A stretch of DNA of 64,000 nucleotides. It comes from Octopus sinensis. Its lineage: Eukaryota. Positions within the stretch are counted from its first letter, which is position 1, and every line of letters begins with the position of its first letter. The translations under genes and the position numbers were made by a program. A model generated the notes under the pieces. That model saw nothing but the letters and a program-made list of their open reading frames with translations, had not been told where the DNA came from and did no database searches. Positions 23,862 through 35,404 of the stretch are shown here, one piece after another. The stretch is taken from the NCBI RefSeq assembly GCF_006345805.1, contig NC_043021.1, positions 9,672,001 to 9,736,000 on the forward strand, written 5' to 3'.

Positions 23862-25640
23862 CATAAATCATATCTTAACTCGCACAGACTGTCATCACAT
23901 CTCAACTCGTGCACACAGACGTCACATCTCAACTCGTGCACACAGACGTCACATCTCAACTCGTGCACACAGACGTCACATCTTAACTCGTGCACACAGA
24001 CGTCACATCTTAACTCGTGCACACAGACGTCACATCTTAACTCGTGCACACAGACGTCACATCTTAACTCGTGCACACAGACGTCACATCTCAACTCGTG
24101 CACACAGATGTCACATCTCAACTCATGCAGGCAGACGTCACATCTTAACTCATGTACACAGACGTCCCATCTCAATTCACGCACACAGACATCACATCTT
24201 AACTCATGTACACAGACATCACATCTTAACTCGTGCACACAGATGTCACATCTTAACTCGTGCACACAGATGTCACATCTTAATTCGTGCACACAGATGT
24301 CACATCTTAACTCGTGCACACAGATGTCACATCTTAACTCGTGCACACAGACGTCACATCTTAACTCGTGCACACAGACGTCACATCTTAACTCGTGCAC
24401 ACAGACGTCACATCTTAACTCGTGCACACAGACGTCACATCTTAACTCGTGCACACAGACGTCACATCTCAACTCGCGCACACAGACGTCACATCTCAAC
24501 TCGTGCACACAGACATCACATCTCAACTCGCACACACAGACGTCACATCTTAACTCGTGCACACAGACGTCACATCTCAACTCGCACACACAGATGTCAC
24601 ATCTTAACTCGTGCACACAGACGTCACATCTCAACTCGTGCACACAGACGTCACATCTCAACTCGCACACACAGACGTCACATCTTAACTCGTGCACACA
24701 GACGTCACATCTCAACTCGCACACACAGACGTCACATCTTAACTCGTGCACACAGACGTCACATCTCAACTCGCACACACAGACGTCACATCTTAACTCG
24801 TGCACACAAACGTCACATCTCAACTCGTGCACACAGACGTCACATCTTAACTCGTGCACACAAACGTCACATCTCAACTCGTGCACACAAACGTCACATC
24901 TTAACTCGTGCACACAGACGTCACATCTCAACTCGTGCACACAGACGTCACATCTCAACTCGCACACACAGACGTCACATCTTAACACGTGCACACAGAC
25001 GTCACATCTCAACTCGCACACACAGACGTCACATCTTAACTCGTGCACACAGACGTCACATCTCAACTCGCACACACAGACGTCACATCTTAACTCGTGC
25101 ACACAAACGTCACATCTCAACTCATGCACACAGACGTCGTCACATCTCAACTCGTGCACACAGACGTCGTCACATCTCAACTCGTGCACACAGACGTCGT
25201 CACATCTCAACTCGTGCACACAGACGTCACATCTCAACTCGCGCACACAGACGTCACATCTCAACTCGTGCACACAGACGTCACATCTCAACTCGCGCAC
25301 ACAGACGTCACATCTCAACTCGCGCACACAGACGTCACATCTCAACTCGCGCACACAGACGTCACATCTCAACTCGCGCACACAGACGTCACATCTCAAC
25401 TCGTGCACACAGACGTCACATCTTAACTCGTGCACACAGACGTCACATCTCAACTCGTGCACACAGACGTCACATCTCAACTCATGCAGGCAGACGTCAC
25501 ATCTTAACTCATGTACACAGACGTCCCATCTCAATTCACGCACACAGACATCACATCTTAACTCATGTACACAGACATCACATCTCAACTCGTGCACACA
25601 GACGTCACATCTCAACTCGTGCAGACAGACACCATATCTC
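23862..25640. repeat. 27-bp minisatellite (CACATCTYAACTCGTGCACACAGACGT)n, about 65 units, in CTR9 intron 4
   Basis: Nine-residue periodic translations (HISTRAHRR, SHLNSCTQT, DVCVHELRC) in three frames. Confidence 0.97.
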
Positions 25641-25892
25641 ATATCCATCTCAGTGACAAGGTACCTTGCTTAAGTGAAACAAAGCATCCCCCAGTTCAGG
25701 AAGCAAACCCATAACCTTGGGATCATAAACCCAACACCTTAACCACTGAGCCATTATACCTCTACCACTACTAAAACAAACTACTGTAGCAGTGGTGGTA
25801 GATGTTCCTCTAAACTTAGAAACAGTTGTCCTCATTTTCATCTTCATGTCAGTCCAAATGTAAACTGTTATTCTACTCATCTTCTTTTCTAG

Positions 25893-26071
25893 TCAAGCAA
25901 CAACATTCCGTCTCTCCTCGGTAAAGGGTGTATTGCTTTCAACAAGAAAGACTACCGTGGAGCCCTTGCCTACTACAAAAAAGCCCTAAGAACCAACCCC
26001 AGTTGCCCCGCTTCTGTAAGACTTGGTATGGGACATTGCTTTGTAAAACTTGGCAAGCTTGAAAAGGCAAA
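25893..26071 (+). CDS. CTR9: CTR9 exon 5 ([36 protein letters not shown]...LEKA)
   Basis: ttctag| ... |gtaagt; ends in phase 2. Confidence 0.96.
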
Positions 26072-27095
26072 GTAAGTCTAGTTTTTCTTTTCTTTGTTTT
26101 CATTTTTTATATTATATTATTCTTTTATGAGAGAATTTGACTTTGGGAAGGATCATTCAATTCAAATACTGTTGGGATTCATTCAGTTGAATATTTTCCT
26201 TTCTTACCTCAGCATGGCTATGTGGTTTAGAGGTTCTCTTCGCAACCACAAGGCTTAATGTTCAATCTCAATGCATAGCACCATAGCCAAGTCTCTTCCG
26301 CCCTATCCTCAGGCTTGTCGGAGTCTATTATGGGAGGAATTTGGTAGATAGAAACTGCTTGGAAACTTCTCATATTTGTTCAGGTGTTTTAGCACCTGGT
26401 ACTTTGAGGGAGTCATCCCCACCATGCTCAACTGCAGCCTGTCAACAAATAAACAAATCACTTGCATTGAGTATGTGTGCTGAATAATGTTTACAACACT
26501 AGAACTGCTCCTAATTCATGTTTCAATATAATAATGATAATAATAATGGACTCTCCCTTCGTTAGATGACTTATGAGGGTTCAACAATTTCTTACCAAAC
26601 AACCACAGATGATTTGTTTATAGTGATCAAATGTTTGTATAGACATATGCTCACTCCCTCCATCAGATCAACATTACCTGTTTCAATACATGTATATTAT
26701 CTCTGTGTGTTGGTGACACATAAAAAGCACCCACTACACTCACGGAGTGGTTGGCGTTAGGAGGGGCATCCAGCTTTGAAACACTGCCACATCAGACTGG
26801 AGCCTGGCGCAACCACCTGGCATCCCAGACCCCGGTCAAACCGTCCAACCCATGCTAGCATGGAAAACGGACATTAAACGATGATGATGATGATATAATA
26901 TATATATATCTGTGTATGTTTGTTTTTATATTAAGTTATAATAAAAACAATTTTACATTAAACTGAAGGATTACTCAATACTTTTTATAGAGGACGTGTT
27001 ATTAGACATTTACAAAGAATATTGGTGACAGTGACTTTGAAGTTTTGGTCTGGGGTAGCAGGCTGAAACTTCAAAACCACTATTGCCACTATTCT

Positions 27096-27610
27096 TGTAA
27101 ACATATAATATATATACACATACACACATATTCTTTTACTTGTTTCAGTCATTTGAATGTAGCCATGCTGGAGCACCACCTAGAAAGGTTTTAGTTAAAC
27201 AAATCGACTCCAAAACTTAACATTTTTAAGCTATTGCCTATTCTTTTTATATAATGTAATAAATTCTAGACAGGAACAAGCTTTGAGATGCTTGCACATG
27301 AGGAAATTCACATTTGCCCAGTATAAATGAATAATAAACATTTAAATGATAAACTTGAATTGAAGATAGTTTGTTTCTAACTTAAGAATATTAAAGACTC
27401 GGTATTATAGTAGGGTTGCCACTGCAGTTGAAACATGTGTAGGTCTATGTAATATATATAAAAAGAATAGGCAATAGCTTAAAAATGTTAAGTTTTGGAG
27501 TCGATTTGTTTAACTAAAACCTTTCTAGGTGGTGCTCCAGCATGGCTGCAGTCAAATGACTGAAACAAGTAAAAGAATATGTGTGTATGTGTATATATAT
27601 TATGTTTACA
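27096..27610. repeat. Inverted duplication, arms 27096-27253 and 27457-27610
   Basis: ~155-bp arms with about 2 substitutions and one 2-nt indel. Confidence 0.92.
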
Positions 27611-27682
27611 TTAGATGTAAAAATTTGATAGGATTCTTCTAAACACAGGTCACGTTTTTTAGTTCTATAAGTTTCTGTCTAT

Positions 27683-27930
27683 GGAGGTGCATGGCTTAGT
27701 GGTTAGGGTGTCAGCATCATGATCGTAAGATTGTGGTTTCAATTCCTGGACCGGGCAACGCATTGTGTTCTTGAGCTAAACACTTCATTTCCTGTTGCTC
27801 CAGTCCACTCAGCTGGCAAAAATGAGTAATGCTGCGATGGACTGGCGTCCTGTCCTGCTGGGGAGCCCATACACCATAGAAACCGGTAAACCAGGCCCAT
27901 GAGTCTGGCTAGGCTTTAAAAGGGCGCATT
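27683..27930 (+). mobile_element. SINE family E; second copy 40297-40541
   Basis: GGAGGCGCATGGCTTAGTGGTTAG head; GCGATGGACTGGCGTCC body; AAAAGGGCGC 3' end. Confidence 0.8.
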
Positions 27931-28170
27931 TATTTATTTTTTATTTATATGTTTCTGTCTACCATAGCCACTCAAGGCTTTGGTCAGCATTGGGCTATAT
28001 AGTACATGGTGGGACTGAACCCAGAACCAAATCCTCAGGAAAGCAAACTTCTTACCACACAGCCACACCTGAGCCTATAAAATGTGTTCTAAAAATTTCT
28101 AAATAAATAATTAATTCTATGGATTTTTTAAACAATTTTAGAAATCCTTGTTTCTATTTATTTATCTTAG

Positions 28171-28366
28171 GATGGCTTTTGAGCGTGCCCTTTTCCTCGA
28201 CCCTCAGTGTGTCGGTGCCTTAGTTGGACTCGCTATCCTCAAAATGAATGCTAAAACTCAAGATTCAATTAAAACAGGAGTGCAGTTATTGTCAAAAGCT
28301 TACACAATTGACTCAACCAACCCAATGGTTTTAAACCATTTGGCTAACCATTTCTTTTATAAAAAG
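28171..28366 (+). CDS. CTR9: CTR9 exon 6 ([20 protein letters not shown]...[11 protein letters not shown])
   Basis: tcttag| ... |gtaagt; phase 2/0. Confidence 0.96.
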
Positions 28367-28489
28367 GTAAGTCACCTACCTGCTGTTTCTTTCCAAATAC
28401 CCCAAATATCATTTGTTGTTGTTCTGCTTTGGCTCAACTCTAATCCAAGTGACATTCCAACTGTTACCATCTTGTCTTAGTTTTCGGGC

Positions 28490-28750
28490 ATACCTTTTAT
28501 CTTCTACTTGCCAACCCTTCTGCATCCTCTAAGGTGATGTTGAGCCTTTGAAGTTCTTCCCTAATCATATCCAGCCATCTGGTGCAAGGACTTTTTCAGC
28601 CCACAGCTGCTGCATCAAAGGAGAGTGAAGCTCTGGTAGGATGATTTAGCAGGAGATGGGAGACATGTCTGTACCAGTGCATGCGATGGAGAGCTATGAG
28701 GTGGGAGGCTGCAAACTGATACAAAAGATATTTGTCTTGACTTAGAGTAC
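28490..28750 (-). mobile_element. RTE-type LINE 3' ORF fragment in CTR9 intron 6
   Basis: Minus strand reads RMHWYRHVSHLLLNHPTR...TRWLDMIREELQRLNITLEDAEGLA (RLRWFGHV...TRWxDxI motif). Confidence 0.65.
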
Positions 28751-29617
28751 ATCACACAATGTCTGCCCCCAGGTTTCAACTGACTGCGTGTGTGTATAAA
28801 GGAGAGGATTTAAAACCACCACAGCTATTGTACATTCATATAAATAAATGTAGTAGGTGCGTGTTTTTATTAAGCTTATTGTTTACATGGTAGCTTGACC
28901 TGTTAGAAATAGCAGCCAAATCTCTCTGAATTCACATTACTGTTTTAAAATAGAAAGGATATAAAAGGATGTATAATGTAGTTTTGGTTACACTGTCTGG
29001 AAAAAGAATGACAGATTGACCACAGCTGGAGCATCTTTGATCATAAGGTCTGCTGGATCAAAGCTGACCTGTGGTTAAAAAGCAACTGCAGGACTTCTTT
29101 CAGGAGATACAAGAAAATAGGTACTTTCTGTCTGTGACTTGATACGGTAAAAGGCTGCTCAGCACAGATCTCCAAGTATAAGACTAGGTAAAATTGGTTC
29201 ATTGTCTCAGAGGCTGATGGTTTCATCTTGTTGAACATTTTGTTGGTTAAATAGCAGAAAGAACCAGCTTCTAACCCGAAGAACTGCCTGTGGATTAGGC
29301 AGCTAAAGCATACAAGATATGTACTACACCATACTCTACTAGACCAACTAGGTTCAGAGTAGGAAAATTCAGTAGGAAGACCAGGAAACCGGAACAGGAA
29401 GTAGAAATAAAAAATGGAGTGAACTAGATGTTAAAAGGAATTGCATAAGTTGGAGAAGATTTGTGAGGCATATGTTGATGGCCTTTGACTCACAAAACAG
29501 TAGGACTAGAGAGATCACATGTTGACGACCTATGTTTCATGGTGGGGTTGAAGAGCAAAGAACAAGATCCTTGATTGCATTGTGTGTATATTACTTTTCC
29601 ATTGTTCTATTTTACAG

Positions 29618-29725
29618 GATTATCAGAAAGTGCAACATCTTGCATTACATGCCTTCCATAATACAGAGAATGAAGCAATGAGGGCAGAAAGCTGCTATCA
29701 GCTGGCAAGGGCTTTTCATGTCCAG
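29618..29725 (+). CDS. CTR9: CTR9 exon 7 ([36 protein letters not shown])
   Basis: ttacag| ... |gtaaga; 108 nt. Confidence 0.96.
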
Positions 29726-30812
29726 GTAAGACATTTGTTACTGATACAGTAACACTAATGAGCTAAAAAAGTGATTGTTGCAGTGAATGAGATTGTATAG
29801 TACAGACTGAATGGGTAGGTGAATACAACAAACTAGTGGGATGAAGCAATGAGGGCAGAGAGTAGATAGTTTCCAAACTGTAATGTCTCACCATGGAAGA
29901 CAGGAAACAAGCGGCATTGCTTGTTTGGTGGTGATGATTGTTTTCAATTATCACATAATATCAATACAAAGGTTATTGCACGCATGCACATGATATCAAT
30001 ACAATATCAATACTGCATGCACACACACATACATTATGTAGTAATACTTCAACAATTAGAAAAGCACTCGATCAGCTAAGAGAGTTAAGATAATCTTAAA
30101 TTAAAAACCACAAATTTTGCAAATAGCTACTCGGGGTTTCCTGGTCAAAATAATTTATTCCACTGCTTTCAACTTGATAAATGGCAGAATAAAATATTTC
30201 GTCCAGGAAACCCTGGATAGCTATTTGCAACACTTGTGGTTTTTAATTTAAGATTACACACACAAACACACACGCAGAGGCTTCTTCCAGTTTATGTCTA
30301 CCAAATTCACTCACAGGACTTTGGCTATAGTTAATGACAAGATGTTGTGAAGGTACGTGGCTTAGTGGTAGTAAAGAAATAGGTACTTAAATTATCGACC
30401 CCAAAAGGATGAAAGGAAAATCGACCTTGGCTGAATTTGAACTCAGAACATAGTCAAACGAAATACCACAAAGCATTTTGCTCAGCGTGCTAACTTTTCT
30501 GCCAGCTCACCGCCTTAGAATACATATATAATGCCACACATTTTGGAGAGAAGATCATATCATCATTTCCTTAAAACAAACTATAATTTTAACAGTAACC
30601 CCTTCCCCGACACATTGTTTCCTCCTTCTTCAGTCAGACATGATACATAATCATTTGATTATAAAAAACCTCCTTACATGAAGCACAGCCAAATTTTCAC
30701 AATTTCATAAACACACACACACACCTTGTTCCTCCTATTCAAAAAACATAAGAGACACTAATTTTGGCTGTGTCAGCCCTCATCATCCATGTGTTATTCG
30801 TTGTTATTTTAG

Positions 30813-30932
30813 GGTGACTATGACCAAGCTTTCCAGTATTACTATCAGTCAACCCAGTTTGCACCCACCAGCTTTGTACTTCCATTCTTTGGCCTGGGGC
30901 AGATGTACATCTACCGTGGTGACAATGAAAAT
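30813..30932 (+). CDS. CTR9: CTR9 exon 8 ([40 protein letters not shown])
   Basis: ttttag| ... |gtaagt; 120 nt. Confidence 0.96.
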
Positions 30933-31038
30933 GTAAGTACATATGTCCAGCTGTCTGTGAATTGGAGGCTTTTGTTTTTTTTTGTTTTTTTTTATATTTT
31001 AAAATTTTATTTTGGTTTATTTTTATTTTTGCTTTTAA

Positions 31039-31505
31039 TCTCTATATCTATAAATGGCAAAATGTCTGTGTGTCCTTTATACAAATCCACAGTTTTTCAC
31101 GTAAAAGGCTCGCATTTTCTATGGGCTTTCAAAACTGTCTGAGGGTGGCCGTGAAGATCTTTTCATTTCCCCAGTCACTCCAGAAAGCCATTAAAAAAAT
31201 CGATAAACCACTTGAGTTATTTTGCGGCCAAATTCGAGTTTTTCGCTTTCTTCTGCCTCCTTTTTTGCCTGACTAATGGCATGTGCACAGTCCCGCTAAT
31301 TTTCCATGATTATGCCGTTCCAGGTGTGAAAACTGAAGTCCAGTGAATATTAATTACTCTCTTAAAAAGCTCCAACAACAAAACTGGCCAGGCTGAAATG
31401 TGATAAGAAACTTAGATCTTGATTTAGTGAGAAATTTTTACTGCGACCTGGCAACGAACAACAAGGACTAGCACTAGACCTGGCAACGCCGGGTCATAGT
31501 GCTAG
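31039..31505 (+). mobile_element. Non-autonomous Helitron in CTR9 intron 8
   Basis: A^TC 5' end; subterminal hairpin GACCTGGCAACGCCGGGTC; CTAG^T 3' end; no TSD. Confidence 0.75.
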
Positions 31506-31587
31506 TGTTTTCTTTATTTTTTTGTTGACTCATCAGTTGATCTTTGGTTCCAGGTCAATCATTGTATTGAATTTTTATTCTTTCTAG

Positions 31588-31704
31588 GCCGCCCTGTGTT
31601 TTGAGAAAGTCTTAAAAGCTCAACCTGGAAATTATGAAACTATGAAAATTTTAGGCTCTCTTTATGCCAATTCCGAAGATGTTGCAAAGAGAGATACCGC
31701 CAAA
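31588..31704 (+). CDS. CTR9: CTR9 exon 9 ([39 protein letters not shown])
   Basis: ttctag| ... |gtaagt; 117 nt. Confidence 0.96.
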
Positions 31705-32771
31705 GTAAGTAACCAATTCTGATTCCCATAGTAACCTATATAGTTAATGTTTTATTTTTTACCCACCAATTTACCTGAGTAGATATTTACAGGAGATTTT
31801 TAAAAAAATTTTTAAGCGTTCAATCTCTTACTATCTTACTGCTTTCAGTCATTGGATTGTGGTCATGCTAGCAAACTACTTGCCTTTAAGGGTTTTATGA
31901 ACTGTATTGACTACTGTCCTTAATCTGATACTCACCATGTCAAATGGTTGTTTAAATTGCTTCACTTTAGGAATTTGTCTTCCCTTAAGGTGTAAATGCT
32001 TCAAGCAATATGCACCATTTTATACATAGACATGTTTATGGTGATATTTCCCCATATTTCATGGGGACATGTTTTCATGGAAGATTGGAAACAAAGTACA
32101 TCACTTGTTATGACATTGATGCTCATTTACAATGATCATGCAATGTTGAGACACTAACACACACATATTAACAGGCTTCTTTCAGTTTCCCATGCTACTG
32201 CTATATCTAAAACACTGGTGCTGCTGCAATATAAAAAGCACCCAGTACCCTCTGTAAAAGGCTGGCCTTGGGCTATAGAAACATTGCCAAAACAGACAGT
32301 TGCATCCTGGTGCAACTCTCTGGCTTGCCAGCTCCTGTCAAACCATTCAACACATGCCAGCATAGAAAACAGACATTAGATTATGATGATAACAACAACA
32401 TTCTACCAAATCTTTTAAATCTACTCTCAAGGCTATTGTAGAAGACATTTGCTCAAGTGATATTTACATGGTCCCTCAGCCTGCTAAAAATAGCAACTAG
32501 ATCTTCAAACTTCTTACCACACAGCCATGCCAGCAGTCTCTCGCAAGAGATAGACCTTAATACCACAATCTATATACTACATTCTTCTCTGAATGTTGTT
32601 TCACCCACTTCTCAGTTATATTTTCACTTGATCACCAGAATTTATTGAACAAGTACAATGACTCCAGCTTGGCCTGTTATGTTCTGACTTTGTGTTTGTT
32701 GTGAGAATGGAGCAAGGGGGATCTTGATTTTTTTTTTTTTTTTGTCTAATGTTTCCATTGATATATTGCAG

Positions 32772-32861
32772 CAACACCTCCGCAAGGTCACAGAACAGTT
32801 CCCGGAGGATGTTGAGGCCTGGATTGAATTAGCTCAGATTCTGGAACAAACTGATGTCTTG
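32772..32861 (+). CDS. CTR9: CTR9 exon 10 ([30 protein letters not shown])
   Basis: ttgcag| ... |gtaagt; 90 nt. Confidence 0.95.
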
Positions 32862-32871
32862 GTAAGTAAAG

Positions 32872-33345
32872 TATTGGAAGAAGAAGAGGAGGAGGAGGAA
32901 ACTTGTGCTGTGTGATTGTAGGTGGGAGGAGTTGTGATTAACCTTGTGTTGGAAGAAGAGGAGGAGGAGGAAACTTGTGCTGTGTGATTGTAGGTGGGAG
33001 GAGTTGTGATTGAACCTTGTGTTGGAAGAAGAGGAGTGATATGTTGCAGGAAGAGGAAATTTGTGCTGTGTGATTGTAGGTGGGAGAAGTTAATGTTTTA
33101 GAGGAGGAGTTGTGATTGAACCTTGTGCTGGAAGAAGAGGAGTGATATGTTGCAGGAAGAGGAGACTTGTGCTGTGTGATTGTAGGTGGGAGGAGTTAAT
33201 GTTTTAGAGGAGGAGTTGTGATTAACCTTGTGTTGGAAGAAGAGGAGTGATGTGTTGGAGGGAGAGGAGACTTGTGAGGGAACCTTGTGCTGGGAGGAGA
33301 TGTGATGTCACCTTGTATTAGGGAGAGGAGACTGTGAGAGAACCT
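32872..33345. repeat. Degenerate ~72-75-bp G/A-rich minisatellite at the start of CTR9 intron 10
   Basis: Recurring GGAAGAAGAGGAG...ACTTGTGCTGTGTGATTGTAGGTGGGAGGAGTT units. Confidence 0.9.
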
Positions 33346-33654
33346 TGTGCTGTGTGACTGTTGGCAGAAGGAGTGCTGCACAGGAGCCAGTCCAGCAGCC
33401 CTGGCAACGACCTCGCTCGAATGTTTTTTTACGTACCACCAACACAAGTGCCAGTAAGGCGACGCAGGTAACAGTCACGCTCGAATGGTGTTTTTTTTTA
33501 CGTCCCACCAGCGCGGAGGCCAGCTTCTTGCTCTGGCAACAATTTGCTATTTCTAATAGATCAAGTACCCATGGAGAGGCTCCCTTGTTATCTCATAGGA
33601 AATTGATTCCCTTCAAGTATAGAATGCCTCATTTTATGCTTTTCTTATTTACAG

Positions 33655-33783
33655 GGTGCCCTTTCGGCATATGGCACTGCCACCAGAATTCTGAAAGATA
33701 AAGTTCAAGCTGATGTGCCACCCGAGATTCTTAACAATGTGGCTGCCTTACATTTTAGAATTGGCAATTTCATGGAATCCAAG
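33655..33783 (+). CDS. CTR9: CTR9 exon 11 ([43 protein letters not shown])
   Basis: ttacag| ... |gtttgt; 129 nt. Confidence 0.95.
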
Positions 33784-34795
33784 GTTTGTGTTTTATGTAA
33801 TTTTCCTTCTCGTTGCTATTTTGTAAATTCACATTAAGTAAGGTGCACACAATGCTATTTTGAACTAACACCACTTCCATCACTAATAACGAACTTTTTA
33901 CCAAGCCTGCCAGCTATTTGTGAATCGTGTTCTGTTAATCACTGTTTTTCTATATCGTTAGAGGCTAAATTTGTCTAAGCATATGGTTGCTAAGTCGATA
34001 CATGCTGATGATGATGCACAAAGACGCAGAAATCCAGATTCAACAATTCCACTGCCACTTCTAGATGCTTTCCATCTACTGCTGGAAAACTGCTGTGTTT
34101 TTTAGCAATATACACCTATAAGAGATGGTGTCTCAAGACAAATATTGCAGTTTTGTGGCTTTCTACGGTGTATCCACATTGAGTAATATATACAGAATGC
34201 TGGGGATTTTTTTATTATTTTTAATTTGACTTCATACATTTTGTAAACAATAACTGTGTTGGTTGTAGATTTCTTAGTTGAACAGGAATAGCAACTGGTT
34301 AACTGCATTTCCAGTAACAAGGGAATGTCTGCAACTCACATGGAAGAATTAGCACATGGTATTTTTATTCAGGCCACTCATTTATTGGTATTTTTGTCTC
34401 ACCAGTGTGTAGATTTTTCACTAGTGGGGTGCCCCAGCATGGCCACAGACTAATGACTGACACAAATAAAAGACATACACACACATCTTTGTGGGTATGT
34501 GTGTGTATATGGTTGGGCTTCTGCACAGTTACCGTCTACCAAAATCCACTCCCAAGCTTATAGTGGAAGTCATTTACCTAAGATGGTGCAGAGAACCACA
34601 TGGTTGGAAAATGGACTTAAACCACACATCCATGTCTGTACCTGAATTCATTTACCCAAGGTGCCGTGCAATGGGATTGAACACAAAGCAACATTGAGTC
34701 CCCCCGGAAAAAAAAAGCACATGCACACACACACACACATTCCGAAACGTGACGTTTATGTAGTTTAGTGCAGCTGATTGTTTGATGTCTTTCAG

Positions 34796-34979
34796 AAATA
34801 TTATGAAGCTTCACTTGAACGCTCCCGACATGAAGCACAGCACGATGAGACATACTACAGTGCAATCTCAGTAACCACAACCTACAACTTGGCGCGACTC
34901 TATGAAGCAACCCATGAGTATGATAAAGCAGAGAAACTGTACAAGAATATTCTGAGAGAGCATCCTAACTATGTCGATT
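34796..34979 (+). CDS. CTR9: CTR9 exon 12 ([21 protein letters not shown]...[12 protein letters not shown])
   Basis: tttcag| ... |gtaagc; ends in phase 1. Confidence 0.96.
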
Positions 34980-35098
34980 GTAAGCTATTTCTTTTCACCT
35001 CTCACTCAATTTTATCGTGATTTTTTTTTTTTTACCCGGTGCGCTTGAACGAAAGCGAGATATTGTAGTCGCTCGTCTTTGTCTGTTTATCTGCAAAA

Positions 35099-35404
35099 CT
35101 AGCAGTATCGCCCGGCGTTGCTCGGGTTTGTAAGGGAAATAACGATATAAGCATTTTTAGAGAGTTACTTCCCTTATATAAACCGAGCAAAAAATGCATT
35201 AAAAAAAACGAAAAAATGATGATAAATTTTTTCTTAAATCATAGACTCATCGTAGACGCGCGCTAATACCCAGAAGGGCTCGATATGAATCACGACTATA
35301 AGATACCGGCTTTTGGTTAAACTGCACCGCAAAATCTGGGAGTAGTTAGGAATCTAAATCGGAGGAGACAGACTCTCACACAACTTCAGTTTTATATATA
35401 AAGA
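35099..35404 (-). mobile_element. Non-autonomous Helitron in CTR9 intron 12, nested in another repeat
   Basis: Minus strand starts A^TCTTTATATAT, has hairpin CCCGAGCAACGCCGGG, and ends CTAG^T. Confidence 0.75.

Noticed and set aside
23862-25640. CRISPR-like array
   Set aside because: Units are contiguous with no unique spacers, the context is eukaryotic and there are no cas genes
23776-25673. 626, 616 and 521 aa ORFs as protein-coding genes
   Set aside because: Pure translations of a 27-bp tandem repeat lying inside CTR9 intron 4; no non-repetitive domain. Kept only as a speculative finding.
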